Shown piece after piece: positions 12,001-26,208 of a DNA stretch of 64,000 bases (positions are counted from its first letter, which is position 1; each line of letters begins with the position of its first letter). The stretch is from Lingula anatina (lineage: Eukaryota > Animalia > Brachiopoda): the NCBI GenBank assembly GCA_051362555.1, contig CM120640.1:44804788-44868787 (forward strand). The letters are read 5' to 3'. The translations under genes and the position numbers were made by a program. The notes beneath the pieces were generated by a model. That model searched no databases and was not told where the DNA came from. It saw only the letters and a program-made list of their open reading frames with translations.

Positions 12001-15000
12001 GCTCCAGCTGGTGGTACAATATTCGGAGGCGGTATCGCCTCTCTGATCCTCTAGTTTTTGATATTCCTTTTATCTACTGGCATGTATGATAAAAAGATTT
12101 ACAGACTTTTGTAGCATGTAGGATGGTAAGAAAAATTTTAAGTTTGCATTAAGTTTAATCTTTTATACATGGTTTGCAGACTAAGAATGTTATTTGCTTT
12201 ATTCAGGCTCGGGGTCAAAAGAAAAAGATTGGATGGTTCCCTGCCAATTATGTTAAGTTACTAGGGTCAAGTAGTGCCAGAAGTACTCCTGTTGGTGATG
12301 GATCGAAGTCCAACACGCTGGGAAGATCAACGCCAACACCAACACCAACACCAGAACAAGCTCCGCAGCCTGTGGAAGGTAATAGATTCCATTGGGTGAT
12401 GTTTTAGCCACTAAAATTCACTTTGATGTTGGATCAAAATAAGAAAAGTGCATTTCTGTCATTGCTAAGTTGTATTATATGGATTTTACATATCACAGTG
12501 TACATTTATGTCCCAATCTTTTCAATGGGGAAAATTGTGAATTTTAGAAATTTTGTATTTTTCAAAGTTCTTAATTCTTTGAAATAAAGCATTCCTGTTG
12601 AGTGGTAGCAACTGTTGCGAGGTTTGCTGCATTGGGCAGTGCAAATATTCTACTTGTGTCAAGCATATAATTTATGTTAAATAAACCTAAAATCATGTCA
12701 AAAGTAAATGAAATTTAGCTTTTTTTCTAGCTGCTGACCAAGTGGTAGCCCTGTATCCGTACACTGCACAGAACGATGATGAGCTGACATTCCAGAAAGA
12801 TGCCATCATTAATGTGATCAATCGAGATGATCAAGACTGGTGGAAAGGGGAGCTGAATGGACAGGAGGGGGTTTTCCCTGCTAATTATGTCCAGCCAGTG
12901 TCAGATATGAGACTAGCTTCAAATCCTTCCCCTGCACCCACTTCATGTGAGTAGAACCTTAATTTTTTTTTGCACTTTGTTCTGTTTGATGATTTAAGTC
13001 ACGAACTGGACTGTTTGTATAAGCACAGCTGGTAAATGGCTTCATGGTATTCTGATTTGGGAAGTTTCATAAGCAATTCCAGAAAAGTTATTGGTAAAAG
13101 GTCTTCTGTTACGTTAGTGCTTTGATTTATTTGTTAAATTAGGCATGCATGACATTATTATGATCAAAGAAGTTCACTTTTGAACATACAGTTGTAAATG
13201 ATAAATGGAGAAAGTTCTTATTATTGGATGATATATTCACACAACAGTTGATAGCTTTTCTTGTACAAATCCATTTTTTGCACACTGATTTATACAAAAT
13301 ATCCAAATGTTTTCCTTTTAATTTTTTTCCACCACATACCTGTTCTGTTCTAATCTGTGTATTTTATTTTCTCTTTATCTCTATTTGCTGTAGGACCTTT
13401 TACACTGTTGCATGATGGGATACCGGTGCTGCCACACCTCAGACCCATTACCTCAGTCCACAGAGAAGTTATCAGAGATTGTGCAATACAATTTATTAAT
13501 AAACAATTGCAAAAAGAAAAGTACTTCTTCAAGAAGTACTGGATGGTTTATTTCCATATTTGCTCATAGGCAAAATAAATCTAGTTATCCTGGTACTTTT
13601 TACTGCTTTTTACTAAAGAGTGATGATGATGCAGTGCAAAGAGATTGAGGTGGAAACAAGAAAAGGTGCATGTTTTAAAACTCGAGATGGCTTGGTGAAG
13701 AAATTTGTTCCTTGCTTGTCAAAAGTTTGCATGCGAAGAACTATTTAAAGCACATTGCATCGGTGTTTGAGATTTCATGTAATGAAAGAGGGATGTTGCA
13801 TCGTTCCTTTGAGCAAATATGGTTATTGTATAACAAAATACATGTTTATGGTAATATGCTGGACAAGTCTTATGTCCCCCACTGCTGCTGCTGCTGCTGG
13901 CATCAAGGTAATGGGTCTGGGTGTGTCGGACACCAACCCATGGCAACCACCAATCATCATCCAACCTCTCAAATGATTGGCAGGTGATGGCAACCAATCA
14001 CCATTCAACCTCTCAAATGATTGGCAGGTGAGATCCATCCATTGTTTTAGATATGGCAATCATGGATAGTTTTTAGTAATTTATAACCAATCATTTGAGA
14101 GGTTATGTATTTTGTGACTGAGTTCTCTTTCGTAATGCTGTGCAGTGGCTTCTTTCTTGCGGTTATGGGCTTTTAGCTTGACTTGCATATTACCATTTCA
14201 TTTTCCTCCTTCATAATGAAATACAAACTATATTTAGAAAAGTTAATGTACTTCTATGTGGTGCAGATTTTTGAAATGATCATAATTCTAGAAGTGGATG
14301 TCCTCCAACCTTTGAAGAACGTCTTTAAACAACTTGTTTATAGAGAATTTTTATCTGTCTACAAAGCATGTGCAGCAGAAGCACCAAATAGATTTGAATT
14401 TTATGCCTTCTAACAATATCGTCACTGGAAGTGATAGAAAGTCATGTCATTGAGTGCAAAGAAAATGTAAAAGTGTACTGAGTATCAAGACAGGTAACAA
14501 GAACTTGCAAAGTTTTGCACTATGCCATGACTTCTCTAATCATAAAGAAATAATCAGCTAGATAATTTCAAATGTAGATAACAGCATATCAAGAGGACAT
14601 GTACTTCAATACTGAATCTGAATAACTAGATGAAATCAACATTAAAAGGTGAATTGTTGTCTCTGTGGCAGTAACTGCTAATGAGCAGTTGGTAGTAAGG
14701 CCAAACCTGAGGTCAAACACCAGTTAAGCCAGTCAAGACCTGTTAGAAAAAGTGTGACTATAATTACTGCTGACATAGTGTTCTCCTTGCTTAACAGTCC
14801 TATATGTATACTAATGTGTTCAGTCCCTCCGTATCGTTTTGTAGATGATAATTATAAGTTATATATCTCTTCTTTTTTTACTTCGCATGATCCATCTGCA
14901 TATTTTAGATATGTTGAAATATTATTAAGTATTATTGTAATTGTTGAGTATGTATAGGAATTATTGAAATATAACTTTTAGGTTACCTTATAGATCAATT

Positions 15001-18000
15001 GATATAAGGAGCTGAATATGTGTTTAAAAATCTATGCCTGAGGAATTTTTTTTAGCCAGATAATGCATTGTCATACAGATTTTTAGTCCCGGATTTCATT
15101 AGATGGATTATTGGGGGGGGGGGGATTGCAAGTTTACCACAGCAACTGGTACAGTTTTCTCTTGACTGAAAAAGATAGTAAAATCCATGGTTTGACACCA
15201 TGTTTATGAAAATATTGCATGTTATTAGAAGAATACATAGTTACTGTAGAAGTAAACGTCATGCCTTAGATAAAATGGTGCAGTAGAAGATTTTGAAATG
15301 TGTCTAGTGAGTGTGCTGTCAGAGAGTGTTGCAATCACATGGTAGTAATATTGTAATTTGTGGCTCAGGCACTTGTGTTCTTCATATTGGATTACATATC
15401 CTTATTCCTTATTACATATCCATATTCACATAAGGAGTCAGGTGCCGAAGAAGTCAGATGTTTGAGGACCTCTGATCATTTCTTGTCGAAAAATTGCTTA
15501 TTTTAAAAATTGAAAGTAATTGTGCATGTTTTGCAGATATTATGCTATCAATTTTCTAGTTAAAAGCAGTTTGTTTTAACAACAAAAACCAAGTTGATAC
15601 AGGATAGACAACTATTTATTGTGCCATGTGTAATCTGATGAGTATTTGCATAACAATAATATAACTTTAACACCTCAATAACTGCTAATTTTGTTTTAGC
15701 AGTGCAAGATCTAAAGTCTTCTTGATATTATCTCTTCCATGGTCATTTCAACATCAAAAACTTGTAATTTTAATATAACGTAGATGAACTCTGACTAATT
15801 TGCGTTTTTTATCAAAATTATTGATTGCTTGCTATGCAGGGTATGATGGCCCCTTATAGAATGTATGTGTTGTATCTGTTATGCTTTAATATATGTAAAA
15901 ATGCTACATATAGAACTGGAATGCCCAGTTGTTCTTGTATGTACATAGCAGTCTGTGTCTATCGATGAAAAAAATGTGATATGTGGTCATGGAAACTAGT
16001 CTAAAAATTCAATAAATGTATCAGAAAAAAATTACATATTGTTGCTCATTTCATGGTCCACCCTTTTATGAAACATCATCAACAGTTGGTTTATACAAAC
16101 TACAAAGCTATTCAGGTGCCATAACTTTTGTTGCCTCTTACTTGAATTAGTATATATTGGAAATATGTTCGCAAGTCCTCTTCTTTATTATTGGCAGTTG
16201 TTTTTCTCAAATTTATGTTGTCAGACTCCACTTCAGGCTCACCTCTAATGTTTATCACACTTTTCAATTACCTAAAATTACCAACAACCCAATATTTTTT
16301 TTATGACCAACTCAAGGTGCCTTCAAAATGACGGGATGTGCTAAGAAAGTCATCACACAAAGGATTTGGTGACCTCTTGGACCACGAGAGAGGAATCTTC
16401 AACTGATTATAGCTAGGAAAGGAAAGATATCAGAGTGTGTTTTGTTCCAGGATTATATAGCTCTGATGTAGCAAATGAAACCAGAATCTTATAAGGACAA
16501 ACATGCTTGATCAGCAAATGCCCAGATGCAATTGAAAAAAAAAAAAAAGAGATTAATGCACAGGATATGGTAGTAATGATTGCTATCCTGACTCAGACAA
16601 AATTGGCCAACAGAGCATGCATGTTATGTGTTTTCTGTGAATGGTTTCAGGGACCAGCGACCCAGTTGTCCTGGCTAACACATCAGAGACAGAGATCCAG
16701 CGACAGAACTGCATCCAGGAACTACTGTGCACTGAGGAGAGCTACAATGCTGACATGTCCATAGTTTTAGATGTAAGGGATCCTTGTTGATAGTTTTTAC
16801 ATACTTAATGGTTGTTACAAAATCCCTTAATGATGAACTCTCATTCAAAACTACTTCTTTGTTATCTTAAATTAACAAAAGAGAAAGAGTGACATCTTTG
16901 TTGGATAAAAAAGTTCTACTTCTATGTTAAAAAATTACTGTTTTGATATTTAGAATATGATGAAATGTATAATTTCAGGTGTTTTACAGGCCTTTAGCAG
17001 AGGCCAAAGTTCTCACTTTAGCAGAATTAGACTCCATATTTGTGAATTGGAAAGAATTGATTGTGTGCAATACTAAGTTAAATAAGTAAGTTTGTTTTAT
17101 TTTTTGGTTTCTCCTTCCATTAGATCTGGCAAAGACCTGTTGACATATTCTTACAGATTTGAATTAAATTTTAGAATATAACAGCTTGTTTATCTTCAAT
17201 TTAAAATGTAACTTTTTTTAGTGAGACCATATGTGACTCTTACAGATTTTCTATATCTGTGGTTTAATTTAGTTTGCTTACACACGTTCATTCTAGTCTC
17301 TGTACTATAAAATATTCCTCACTTTAAGGTCTATGAGAGTTCGAAAGAAAATGAGTGGAAGTGCACCAATTCATATTATAGGAGATATATTGTGTGAAAA
17401 TGTGAGTAACATTGTTTACATTTTTTTGGTCAAGTAAGAAAGGTCAGTCAAAAAATTGAAAATATATCTTTAATTAGAACAAAAGTTTGATTAATTTTAA
17501 TCATCAAAATGATAAATAATGTAAAATAGATAAAAAGAAGATTGCTGTTTGTTACATTGAACTCCTTTCATGGTATTGCACATATAATAAATAAATAAAT
17601 TATGTCATTCTTTTATCATTTCAGCTCCCACATTTAACCCCTTACATTAGATTCTGCAGTAGACAACTCACAGCAGCTACTCTGATTCAAAAGAAGACAG
17701 AAAACAGTCCTCAATTTAAAGAAGTAGCTAAGGTAAAGCTTAATATTCAAACATATATCCATTAAGAAAAAACATTTGTTTATTTGCATGATATGGTAAA
17801 TAAAATTAAATAAAAAGTTGATTGTGAATGGTTTTCTTTCAAAATGTGTATACACCCTTGAGTCAGGTCAGAACCAAGAACTCATGATGAAGTGGTAGTA
17901 GTGGTACATTGAGTCACTTTTTATTTTTGAATTAGTTATTTTCTTAGACCAAATGAATAAAAGGGTCATACCCAACCCTGTCACTGCTTGGGTTTTAAAG

Positions 18001-21000
18001 TAATATATTTATTTAGTCACTGAGATAAGAATATATGAAAAAATTAAAACTTAAGGATAATTTATGAACAGAAAATAGATGAAGCATTCCAATTTTATTA
18101 AAAGGGTATGTTTTTTTCCCCACAGAAATGTTCCACTGATCATCGAACTAAAGGCATGCCTCTCAGTAGTTTTCTGCTCAAACCCATGCAAAGGATCACC
18201 AAGTATCCACTCATGATCGAGAAGGTAACCCATGCTTTGAAGATATCATACTTCACAAACAAGAAAAATATCAAAAAAGAAAGAAAAAGATAAAAATACT
18301 AACAAATATTGTTCTACCAGCTATGACCCTAAACTAACTTATAATCATTTGGAGAGAGGTCATCAGCTTATTGATGTGTCAGACTTACTTTTTGGGTTTT
18401 TACCAGGTTAGAATTGTATTATATGATTATTTATTTTTTATTTTAATGAATTTTTGTTTGTCTGACTTAATAATCACCCTCTTACTTTTTTGTTAAGATC
18501 CTGAAGTACACTCCAGAGGAGCACCCAGACTACCAGTACTGTCTGGATGCCCTGCAGGCTGCCAAGGAGCTGTGCGACCAGGTCAATGAAGGCGTCCGGG
18601 AACAGGAGAACTCCAGCAAACTTGAGTGGATACAAAACCATGTGCAATGTGAAGGACTACCAGAGGTGTGTTGTTGATTTATTATCCTTGGATTGTTTAT
18701 CCCTCACACTTGTCCCAAACATGACCAGAAAAACTTTCACCGAACATTCTCAAACCTGTATCTTATTTAATGATGTACCAAAAGACCTGTAACCATTGCA
18801 AATGGATAAGAAATAGGTCTTAAAATTATTAAGTGAAAAATACATTGACTTTGAATATTTTATAGCCAAAATTTGCAGTCTCAGTAAAATGCAGTTGCAT
18901 GTCACTTTTTAAACTAACGTAATTTTTAATTTCAGAAAATAACTTTCAATTCAGTCACCAACTGCTTGGGACCACGTAAACTTCTTTATTCAGGAACTAT
19001 ATACAAGGTATGCTAAGATGTGCACTAAATTTGAGAACAAAACTGACATGGAGAGAAAGAGATTAGAGTAATTCATTTAGTAATTCAAAATAAACTCCAG
19101 AACATGCTAAAATATACTATAACTGTGAGAGCTTTAACATAGAAATTACTGAAATGTAATTATGAATTTGCTTTGCCTCCTTGCATTTATCACCACGTTT
19201 ATCTAACTGTAATCAGTATGAATATGTGGTTTGTTCAATAAAGATGTTAAGAGATCACACTCTTTCATATTTCAGGCCAAAAGCAATAAAGAGCTGGTTG
19301 GGTTTCTTTTCAATGATTTCTTATTATTGGTACAACCCCAGCGCCCTCTGGGAAGTGTTGTGTCAACATTTAGCTTTGACCCAGAGACCAAAGTGCATTA
19401 CAAGATGTACAAAACTGTAAGCATTGGAAATTTTGCATGGATTTAAACAAATAAGGACAGATTGTTGCAGAAAGTTATAGAAACAGTTGTAGCTAAGTTG
19501 AGCACTTCCAGTTAGTTATTTATTAATTTATTCTTTGATTCCTTGATTAAGATTTATAAAACTTGTGACTGATGTTAATAAAAATGCTGATTTTGATATC
19601 ATCCAGTAAAGTACTTCTTTAGTGTAGTTTGTTTTGATACAATATTAAAAGGACAGTTTTTCTCTCATCAGCCTATATTCCTGAATGAAGTGGCAGTGAA
19701 GGCTCCCCAAGGTGCTGAGGAGGACCCTACAGTATTTCAGCTCAGTCATATAGACCGGTGGTACAGTTTTAAAAGTCTAACACAGCTGGAGAGGTGCAGT
19801 ACACATTCTTCAGTTTGATATTATTAGAGGATTTGGTGTTTTTATCCGTCATAAACTCTTCTCATTTACATTATTACTTCTTTTCATGTAAGTCTTAAAG
19901 TTGATAATATATAAATTCTTAAATTCAGTTTTCAGGGAAGGAGTACTGATAGCTACCTAGAACTATAGATAAGTCATTATTTTAGATGCATATTTTGTTT
20001 AGGTATATAAGCATGAGGGTGGTTCTTCACTAACTTTTTTGTCTGTCTTCTTAGGGACAGCTGGGTGAAAAAGATAGCAGCAGCTTCCAAAGAATACCTT
20101 GAAACAGACCGAAGGAAAAGGGAGAGGGCTTACTCATGTAAGAATTCATTGTTATTTTATTGTTTATCACACATAACATCAAATGAAGTTTTGGTTAAGA
20201 AATTTTTAACAGACCATATTTCAGTTAAACCAGTTATTTGTAAATAAGTTATGTTTTAGATATGTTATTATCAAAGTGTACATTGGATATTGTAGTTTTT
20301 TTCAGCAAAATAGCAACTTAAATTTGTTTTTATCATGAATTCTGTATTTAGATGTATTAAAATGTCACACAAGTTTTGTTTCAGATTTACACAATCTCAA
20401 TTATCCTCTGCTCTGCAACTAAAATAAGAGCATCTAACATGACTATTCTGTCATTCTCTCATATGGTCATTTCTCTTTTGATACAAGAATATCATTCTAT
20501 ATTCATTTCATTGTCAATTCCTTTCATTTTTCCTTTCATTTGTGAACTGACTATACCACTGATCAATTTTCCAGATACAAACTTCCCTATTTGATAAATG
20601 GATGCAATGTTTAATTGTCAACATTTTCAGATGACAGTTAATAAAGTGAATCTGTCACAGACTAGTCTGGAATGTGATGCATGGCCTATAGGTCGCAGCA
20701 GAAATGAAAAAGTGATCTGAAGTTCAATCTGTCCTCTTATTTGACAGATTCACTATTTACACTTGGACTTCATAATAATTGTAACCTATGCACAAACATC
20801 AACAAAGCTTCTCCAGAGTCCCACTTTTGAAAACTCAGATTAAAAATACATGTGAATTTGACTACCATATTCATACATAACTGGAAAAATGATTCTCAGT
20901 CATTCTAAACCTGTATCTATTAATTATAAAAGGATATTTAATCTTGTGTGTGCCCTTTCACTAGCTCGTCAAATGCGTACAACAGGTGTCGGGAGGCTAT

Positions 21001-24000
21001 TATTTGTTGTCTTGGAGGGTGCCAATCTCATGGCTTGTAAGGAGGGTAAGGAGACAGGGTGTCTATGGAATCCATTGTATATACCTAGCATGACTGGCAT
21101 ACATGATATATATATGATATATATACCCTATATATATATATTATATATATAATATATATATATATATAGGATATATAGGTTAATGGATCACTAACCAAGA
21201 TGTTAACTTTACATGATATGGTATATTTTTGGGTGTGTCAGTACTAAATCCTAGCAATTTTAGTTTTTTTCCCTTGACTGACAGCATGATAAAAAAAGCA
21301 ATTGAAAAAAGTAACGAAATGTAGACTGCATGCCATTTAACCCAATTCTAACATGAAATTCTATATTTTTAAGAATACCTGGATAAAGATAAATCATCAT
21401 TAACATAGTTACAAGGAACATAGTTACAAGAAACAGAATTAAATAAAAGTCTTACAACAAGGGATTGTAGGAAGGTGCTATCAAGCTCTTCGACTTTTCA
21501 ATCCTCCCATCCATGGATCAAGTTTTTTTTTCATACAATCATGTATTATTTCATAGATGATATTGACAGAATCGACCGTACATATTATCTTCTCTGATCT
21601 ATTGAGTGTAGAACTTACCAAACTGGAGTGCCCAATTTCTGTACATGACAAATAGACAGAATGCCTCTCTCCCCCCACCTCCCTCCACTTTCCTTCACCT
21701 GCCTTACTCTCATGCTCTCCATCTTCTTAACTGGAGAAGTGTTTACATTACACAGCATGTGCTTTGGTTTCTCAGTAGCTAAAAAGATGCCTCGAGGTGT
21801 GGGTCGCCTGCTGGTCATTGTGCAGGAAGGGAAAAACCTTGTGGCCAGCGATGCCAATGGTAAGAAAAGTATCGTCTGCTTCAGACTTGGTGTGGTCTGC
21901 TGCAGTTGACATCTGATTTGGGCTGCTGGTTGTTTTGCCAGGTTGTGAGGTTCTTTTAGGCCGGTGGCCATTGACTAATTTTCCAGTGCTGCATTTTTTA
22001 TCCTTACCATTTATGTTTTGTGTGTCTCATTATCTTAAGCCACAAGCTTCAGTGGTGTTATTTCATTTGATAGAAAGAAAATATTTTTATATACATTTTA
22101 TAAAAGATTGAAATGTGCTTATCTGAAATATGAGTTATTTTTACCAAAAAGGATAAAGAAAATTATTTTTTGACTAAGTTAAATTCATTTTACATTTTGA
22201 AATTAAAATATTCATGTTTATGGTAAATTTATGCCCCTGAAGCTTTTCATTTAATGATTAGGCCACCTTTTTATGTACAGACACAGATGTGTCTGTACAT
22301 ATAGCCATCATCTGCGTCTGTCGTCGCCGTCGCCGTCGTCGTCGTCGCCGTCGTCGCCGTCGCCGTGCACTTTTACCGATAACACGATAAATGGAAAACT
22401 GTTTTTTCTTTTGGTATGAAACTTACAGAACTGATGAATATTCATAATACGCAGGTCAAGTTCGAAAATCAGCATGATCGGGTCACTTTTAGGGAATTTA
22501 TGCTGTTTTTTCACTTTTTTCAGCATATATGCAGCACTGATAACACGATAAGTGGAAAACCATTTTACCTTTTGACTTGAAACTTACAAAACTGATGAAT
22601 ATTCATAATACGCAGGTCAAGTTCGAAAATCAGCATGATCGGGTCACTTTTAGGGAATTTATGCTGTTTTTTCACTTTTTTCAGCATACATGCAGCACTG
22701 ATAACACGATAAGTGAAAAACCATTTTACCTTTTGGCTTGAAAGTTACAGAACTGATGAATATTCATAATACGCAGGTCAAGTTCGAAAATCAGCATGAT
22801 CGTGTCATTTTTAGGGAATTTATGCTGTTTTTTTCACTTTTTTCAACATATATGCAACCCCGATAACACGATAAGTGGAAAACCATCCTACCTTTTGGCT
22901 TGAAACTTACAAAACTGATTAATATTCATAATACACAGGTCAAGTTCGAAAATCAGCATGATTGGGTCATTTTTAGGGAATTTATGCTGTTTTTCCACTA
23001 TTTTTCAGCATATATGCAGCACCGATAACACCATAAGTGGAAAACCAATTTACCTTTTGGCTTGAAACTTGTAGAACTGATAAATATTCATAATACGCAA
23101 GTCAAGTTCGAAAATCAGCATGATTCGATTATTGTTAGGTAATTTAGGCTGTTTTTTCACTTTTTTCAGCATATATATGCAGCACTGATAACACAATAAG
23201 TGGAAAACTGTTTTTTCATTTGGCTTGAAACTTACAGAACTAATGAATATTCATAATACGCAGGTCAAGTTTGAAAATCAGCAAGATCGGACAATTTTTA
23301 TGGAAGTTATCCTGTTTTTTTTTTTTTTTTCAATTTTTTCAGCACTTTTATAACACCGATAACATGATAAGTGTAAAAATGTTTTTCCTTTCCTTGGATT
23401 GAAATTTACAGAACTGGTGAATATTTATTATACGCAGGTCAAGTTTGAAAATTGGCATGATTGGACTATTTTTACAAAAGTAATGCTGTTTTTTTCCCTT
23501 TATTCAGCATACATGCAACACTGATAACGCATTTTAAGGAAAACCAATCAGCCTTTTGTCTTGCAACTCACAGGAGTGATCAATCTGACCAGTATACAGA
23601 TCAAGTTTGAAAATAAGCTTGATCAGTTAAGTTTTGATGAAGTTATTAGCCTTTTTGTATATAAGTGGTTTTTCTTCAGATTTAATTCTTAAGCATGTTA
23701 ACAGTCTCATAACGGTACTAATTGGATATGTTAAAGTGTTGTTTTAACATTTTCTGCTTCTTAACAATATTGTTAGTTGATTATATAAAAATGACGGTAA
23801 ACCTATTATCCTGCATTGTGTAATAAAGTATCAAAAATGGAAAGGAACTCATCATTGCAGTTCGTCAGATTCAATCATTCACTATGTTCAGAATCTCCAA
23901 ATGGAGCTAATTGGACATTATAAATTGTTCTATTGATATTTTTCCTATGTCAACAATTTTCCTAGTTGATCATTTAAAAATGACAGTTAATTGATGATGG

Positions 24001-26153
24001 TTTTATGTAAAAAAGGTGTTGAAAATGGAAAGAAAATCATTTCAGTACAGTTATCTCTTGTTAACATTTTGGCATTTTGAAAGTGTGACCCTAACTTCCA
24101 TGTCCTTGGAGACCTTTCCATATCACATTTTCTGAATATCCATGATACTTTTATTTTTTTATAAAAAATTTGATGGTCATTATGCTGTTAAGTATTATGT
24201 TATATTGCATGAAAGTTAAAGAAAACCCTATTTTGGACACTGCTGCCAGGATAGCGATTAAGGGAAAACCATGTTACTTATGATAATCAACCTTACTGAA
24301 AAGAGTGAAGTGCAGCTTGTGTTGGAAAACCATCGTAATTGTTTTCTGTTTTGAAAGCAATGCAGTACAGTGCTATTTGGTGCAATAAATGTATATGGAT
24401 AGTAGGCAGTTAATTCAGGGTTATAAAATAATTTGCTTAATTGATTTTCAAGTTATTTCAGGGTTATAAAATAATTTGCTTAATTAATTTTCAAGTGGGT
24501 ATTAAATGAGATTACATAAACACACATTGAGATTTCATTGTAAAGTCCCATCGGTTTAGCTTTCTTAACTGTGTCACATAATTAGGAATCGATGATTATT
24601 ATGCAGGTAAATGTAATTTAATATGGAAAATAAGTTTACAAAAAAAAATTTGTGTAACGCTTACATTAATGCTAAAGATGAATAACAGTGCCTTATTATT
24701 CTCAAACTCAATAGGGTTATTCATATCATGTTAGTAATTGTACAGCTAGATTAAAAGTTTGAATAGCAGCTTTATTGGTATTTTTTGTTATGTTTTATTT
24801 TACATTTTCTTTTAATTTTTTTATGCTGTTTTTTCACTTTTTTCAACATATATGCAACATTAATAACACAATATAAGAAAAACAGCTTAGCCAATTGTCA
24901 TTATACTCACAGGAGTGGTCAATCTTACAAAAATGCAGGTTGAGTTCGAAAATCAGTGTTATCGGGCCATTATTTTAGAAGTTGTACTGTTTTTTCAAAT
25001 TTCCTCAGATTCAATTCTTAGGCATGTTAACAGTCTCATTATTGAACTAATAAGATACGTAAAAGTGTGTGTTTGATATTTCCTGCATCTTTACAACATT
25101 GTTAGTTGATTATGTAAAAATGATGGTAAACTTGTTATCATGTATTGTGTAATCAAGTGTCCAAAACGGAAATAAACTCATATCATTGCAGTTTGTCAGA
25201 TTCAATCATCCACATCTGCCATGATGACCATGATGGGAAAACCGTGTTCGTTATGATTGTCAAACTTTCAAAAAAGAAACACAGGACTAAAATGCAGCCC
25301 AAGTTGGAAAAGCAGTCTAATGGGCTTCTTTTTCTGGAAGTTATTCATTTTAGTGAAATATTCATTATCTTTTTGGCATATTCATTGTGGGACTTGGAGC
25401 TCCCATGGACATGAAGCCGGATGGTAATCAAATTTTCTACATGTTCATGCTATTTATAGTCAATAATCAAAAATTGGTGATAATTATTCTATAATTTATT
25501 ATGTAATGTTACATCAAAATTGACAATAATCTTTTTTGCACTGCTACTGCAAACATTATGAAAAGAAAACTGTGTTATTTATTATTATATTTAACTTAAG
25601 AGTATGATTTTTAGGATTGGCATGCAGTTCAAATTAGAAAGCCAGGTCAGTTGGGTTATCATTTATTATTGAATTTAATGCAATTTTGTGTGAAATTTCA
25701 TTTTTCTTATTCTGGCACTTTCTAAGTATAAACTTGAACTCTGATGGGCCTGAAGCCTTATGCTTTTACTCTCATCGGTGTTACCTGTTGTGCAAAATTA
25801 AAATTTGATGTTGACTGTGCAGTTAAACATAATGTATTATTGCATCAGAAGTGGTAGTCTCCTATTTTGTGCATTATTGTTTTGTGCTCTTCTTAAGTTG
25901 TGACTTATGGGCCTGAAAGACCTTTGAGAGGGTCAGTCTATAAATTTCCCTTTGGTATCACTTCGCTAATTTCAGTTATAAAGTAATTTGCCTAATTGAT
26001 AGGCTACATAAAGCACACTTGTGATTTGAGATTACATAAAGCACACTTGTTGATATTTCCCTGTAAACTCCCATAGGTTAAGCTCTCTGCTAGATTAATA
26101 ATAAGGAAGCAGTGATAATTATGCAGGTAAATTTTGTTTAATATTGCAAATAA

Positions 26154-26208
<55 letters not shown>

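Larger units (their letters stand above)
8071..12056 (+). mobile_element. Non-autonomous Helentron-like element, family B, carrying a 146-bp satellite and a nested family A copy
   Basis: Subterminal inverted repeats TATTGTACCACCAGC (8071-8085) and GCTGGTGGTACAATA (12007-12021); 5' GC-rich minisatellite; 3' hairpin GAGGCG-GTAT-CGCCTC (12026-12041); CTAG followed by a T-run. Confidence 0.8.

Noticed and set aside
20695-21903. GCAGCAGA / TCTGCTGC complementarity as a docking-selector pair for the C2 exons
   Set aside because: Only 8 bp, expected by chance, and no matching second selector was found.
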